A stretch of DNA of 35,489 bases from IMG/VR virus record IMGVR_UViG_3300049924_000502, positions 1-35,489 of that record. One strand, 5' to 3'. Shown here piece after piece: positions 33,887 through 35,489 of this stretch. Both the position numbers and the translations under genes were made by a program. The stretch is from a virus (taxonomy: Duplodnaviria; Caudoviricetes). A model generated the notes under the pieces. That model saw only the letters and a program-made list of their open reading frames with translations, was not told the DNA's origin and did no database searches. Every line of letters starts with the position of its first letter. Position 1 is the stretch's first letter.

Positions 33887-34317
33887 GGTACGTGGGCATC
33901 GACCCCGGCCAGCAGGGCGCCCTCGTGGTGGTGGGCGGCGACGGCCTCACGGTCGTGGACCGGCTCGGGTGGGCGGGGTGCACGGTCGCGCCCGCGCTGC
34001 CCGTCCTGGCCGGCGACGTCGTGGCGCTCGAGATGCCGCACGCCCAGTTCGTGCGGGCCGGGCTGTCGCTCGCCGAGTGGTGCGGGGGTGCGCTGGTGCA
34101 GCTGCGGGAGTGCCGCGTGGTGCGGCCCTCCCCGGCGGCGTGGCGGGGCAAGGTGCTGCGGGCGCCGCGGCTGTCGAGGGCGGCGGCGAAGCGTGCGGCG
34201 CGGGAGGCGGCGTCGCCGTACCTAGGGCCGGCGACGGACGACGAGTGCGAGGCGTGGTGCCTTGCGAGGTACGCGTGGGCCTGGGCGACGCTCGGGCCGG
34301 GGCGTGGTAGACTTTGA
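33883..34317 (+). CDS. RuvC-like Holliday junction resolvase
   Basis: 'YVGIDPG', 'VALE', 'PAAW', 'DDECEA'. Confidence 0.8.
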   Translation: MRYVGIDPGQQGALVVVGGDGLTVVDRLGWAGCTVAPALPVLAGDVVALEMPHAQFVRAGLSLAEWCGGALVQLRECRVVRPSPAAWRGKVLRAPRLSRAAAKRAAREAASPYLGPATDDECEAWCLARYAWAWATLGPGRGRL

Positions 34318-34437
34318 AACCTGCCAGAGTCGTCGCTCGGTTGCAGCCGGGCTACGACACCTCCGATCTCCGAGGGCGACGAGCCCCGCCCCGGTGAGGC
34401 GCTGCAACGCCTCCCGGGGCGACCCCCCTCGGAGGAT
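34305..34437 (+). ncRNA. Extended -10 (TGgTAGACT) plus structured kissing-loop leader, copy 2
   Basis: Hairpin loops TTGCAG (34341-34346) and CTGCAA (34402-34407) are complementary; anti-SD stem. Confidence 0.65.
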
Positions 34438-34439
34438 GC

Positions 34440-34757
34440 GTGGACCTGGACCGACACCTCGACTGGTGCCTCGACCCTGCCGGCGTCGAGGCCGAGCGTG
34501 CGTACGAGGCCGAGCGAGACGCTGCGGAGGCCGACTGGGAGGCGTGGCTCGCGTCGCCGGGGTGGGGTCCGTCGACGTACTACTCCGGGGCGCTCGACGG
34601 GCTGCGCCTCGGGCTGGAGCTCGCGCAGCTGACTCGGCTGGACGGCCTCGACGTCGAGGGGCTCGCGCGACTCGCTGCCGAGGTGGCAGCGGAGCAGGTG
34701 CGGCGGTCCGGTGCGCCTCGCGCCCTGCCCTCCCGGCCGCGGGTGCGCCGTGGGTGA
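34440..34757 (+). CDS. Hypothetical protein (105 aa)
   Basis: GGAGG SD before GTG. Confidence 0.65.
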   Translation: MDLDRHLDWCLDPAGVEAERAYEAERDAAEADWEAWLASPGWGPSTYYSGALDGLRLGLELAQLTRLDGLDVEGLARLAAEVAAEQVRRSGAPRALPSRPRVRRG

Positions 34758-35489
34758 CATCGACTACGGACAGATCGCGGTGGCCGCGCTCCAGGACGCG
34801 GTTGACCGCGACGACCCCACCGCGGTGTACACCGACGCGAGCGCGCTGCTCGGGATCGCCAGGCCCGGGATCTGGGCTGGCGAGATCGAGGCGCGGTTGA
34901 CGCGCCTGCCGCTGCGTCACCAGCACGCGATCCGCCGCGCGGCGAAGGCCGTCTCGAGGACGGAGCCGCGCGGCGACAACCGGGAGCCAGCCGCCCAGCC
35001 GGGGACGCTGCCTGTCCTCGGGCGACAGCACCCCGGAACGTGGTGGCTACGGGACCGGGGGACGTACGTGGCGGTCGACGGGGAGATCCTCGCCGAGGAG
35101 CTTCGCCGCGCTCACCCGCTCGTTCCGACCACCGTGACGACCGCGGCCGGTGAGGAGCGACCGGCTCGGGCGTCGGAGCTGTACCGCCTCGCCGAGGGCG
35201 TACGCGTCGATCGGCTGGTGTACGAGATGGGGCTCGGCGAGCCCCGATGGGACTCTAGGGCCCACACGCTGTACGTGCCGTGCTGCCAGCTTGTGCCCGG
35301 GCTCGTCGAGGAGTCCGTTCGGGTGGGCGGGTGGCTGCGTGCGCTTGCCGGCGAGCGACTGCCGCGGCTCCTCGACTGGGTCGCGCTGTGCGCCCGTCTC
35401 CAGCACCCGATCGCTGCGCTGTACGTCGAGGGGCCAGCGAGCGCCGGTAAGGGCCTGCTCGCGGGGGGGCTGTGCGGGCTGTGGGGCGG
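34750..35489 (+). CDS. Putative SF3-type replicative helicase (3' truncated); not in ORF track
   Basis: Open from GTG 34750 to window end; '...LLDWVA...ALYVEGPASAGKGLL' Walker A. Confidence 0.7.
   Translation, partial: MGDIDYGQIAVAALQDAVDRDDPTAVYTDASALLGIARPGIWAGEIEARLTRLPLRHQHAIRRAAKAVSRTEPRGDNREPAAQPGTLPVLGRQHPGTWWLRDRGTYVAVDGEILAEELRRAHPLVPTTVTTAAGEERPARASELYRLAEGVRVDRLVYEMGLGEPRWDSRAHTLYVPCCQLVPGLVEESVRVGGWLRALAGERLPRLLDWVALCARLQHPIAALYVEGPASAGKGLLAGGLCGLWG

Noticed and set aside
1-35489. Host assignment and temperate lifestyle
   Set aside because: No host genes, integrase, att site or CI repressor in the window; high GC alone does not identify the host

Overview
Most of the genome of a very GC-rich (roughly 70%+ by eye) tailed dsDNA phage or prophage with a siphovirus-like layout. 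Both ends are cut mid-gene, and no host genes or integrase are visible. The + strand carries the terminase C-terminus, portal, scaffold, major capsid, neck, tail tube, a tail chaperone with a -1 slippery site, tape measure, a large Asp-box tail protein and fibre-like genes (to 19.1 kb). Membrane and small accessory genes and an M15A endolysin follow (to 23.4 kb). A leftward accessory arm (23.4-28.1 kb) ends at a divergent sigma70-type promoter pair. The rightward arm encodes RHH and wHTH regulators, an ERF recombinase, a ParB-Dam fusion, an SF2 helicase, a RuvC-like resolvase and a partial SF3-type helicase. The most notable signals are non-coding. Two leaders (30588-30692, 34329-34437) share one architecture with different complementary 6-nt kissing-loop pairs and an SD-sequestering stem. 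A tandem pseudoknot-like repeat with a compensatory change lies upstream of the capsid gene. All product calls come from motifs and synteny read by eye; no database search was run.
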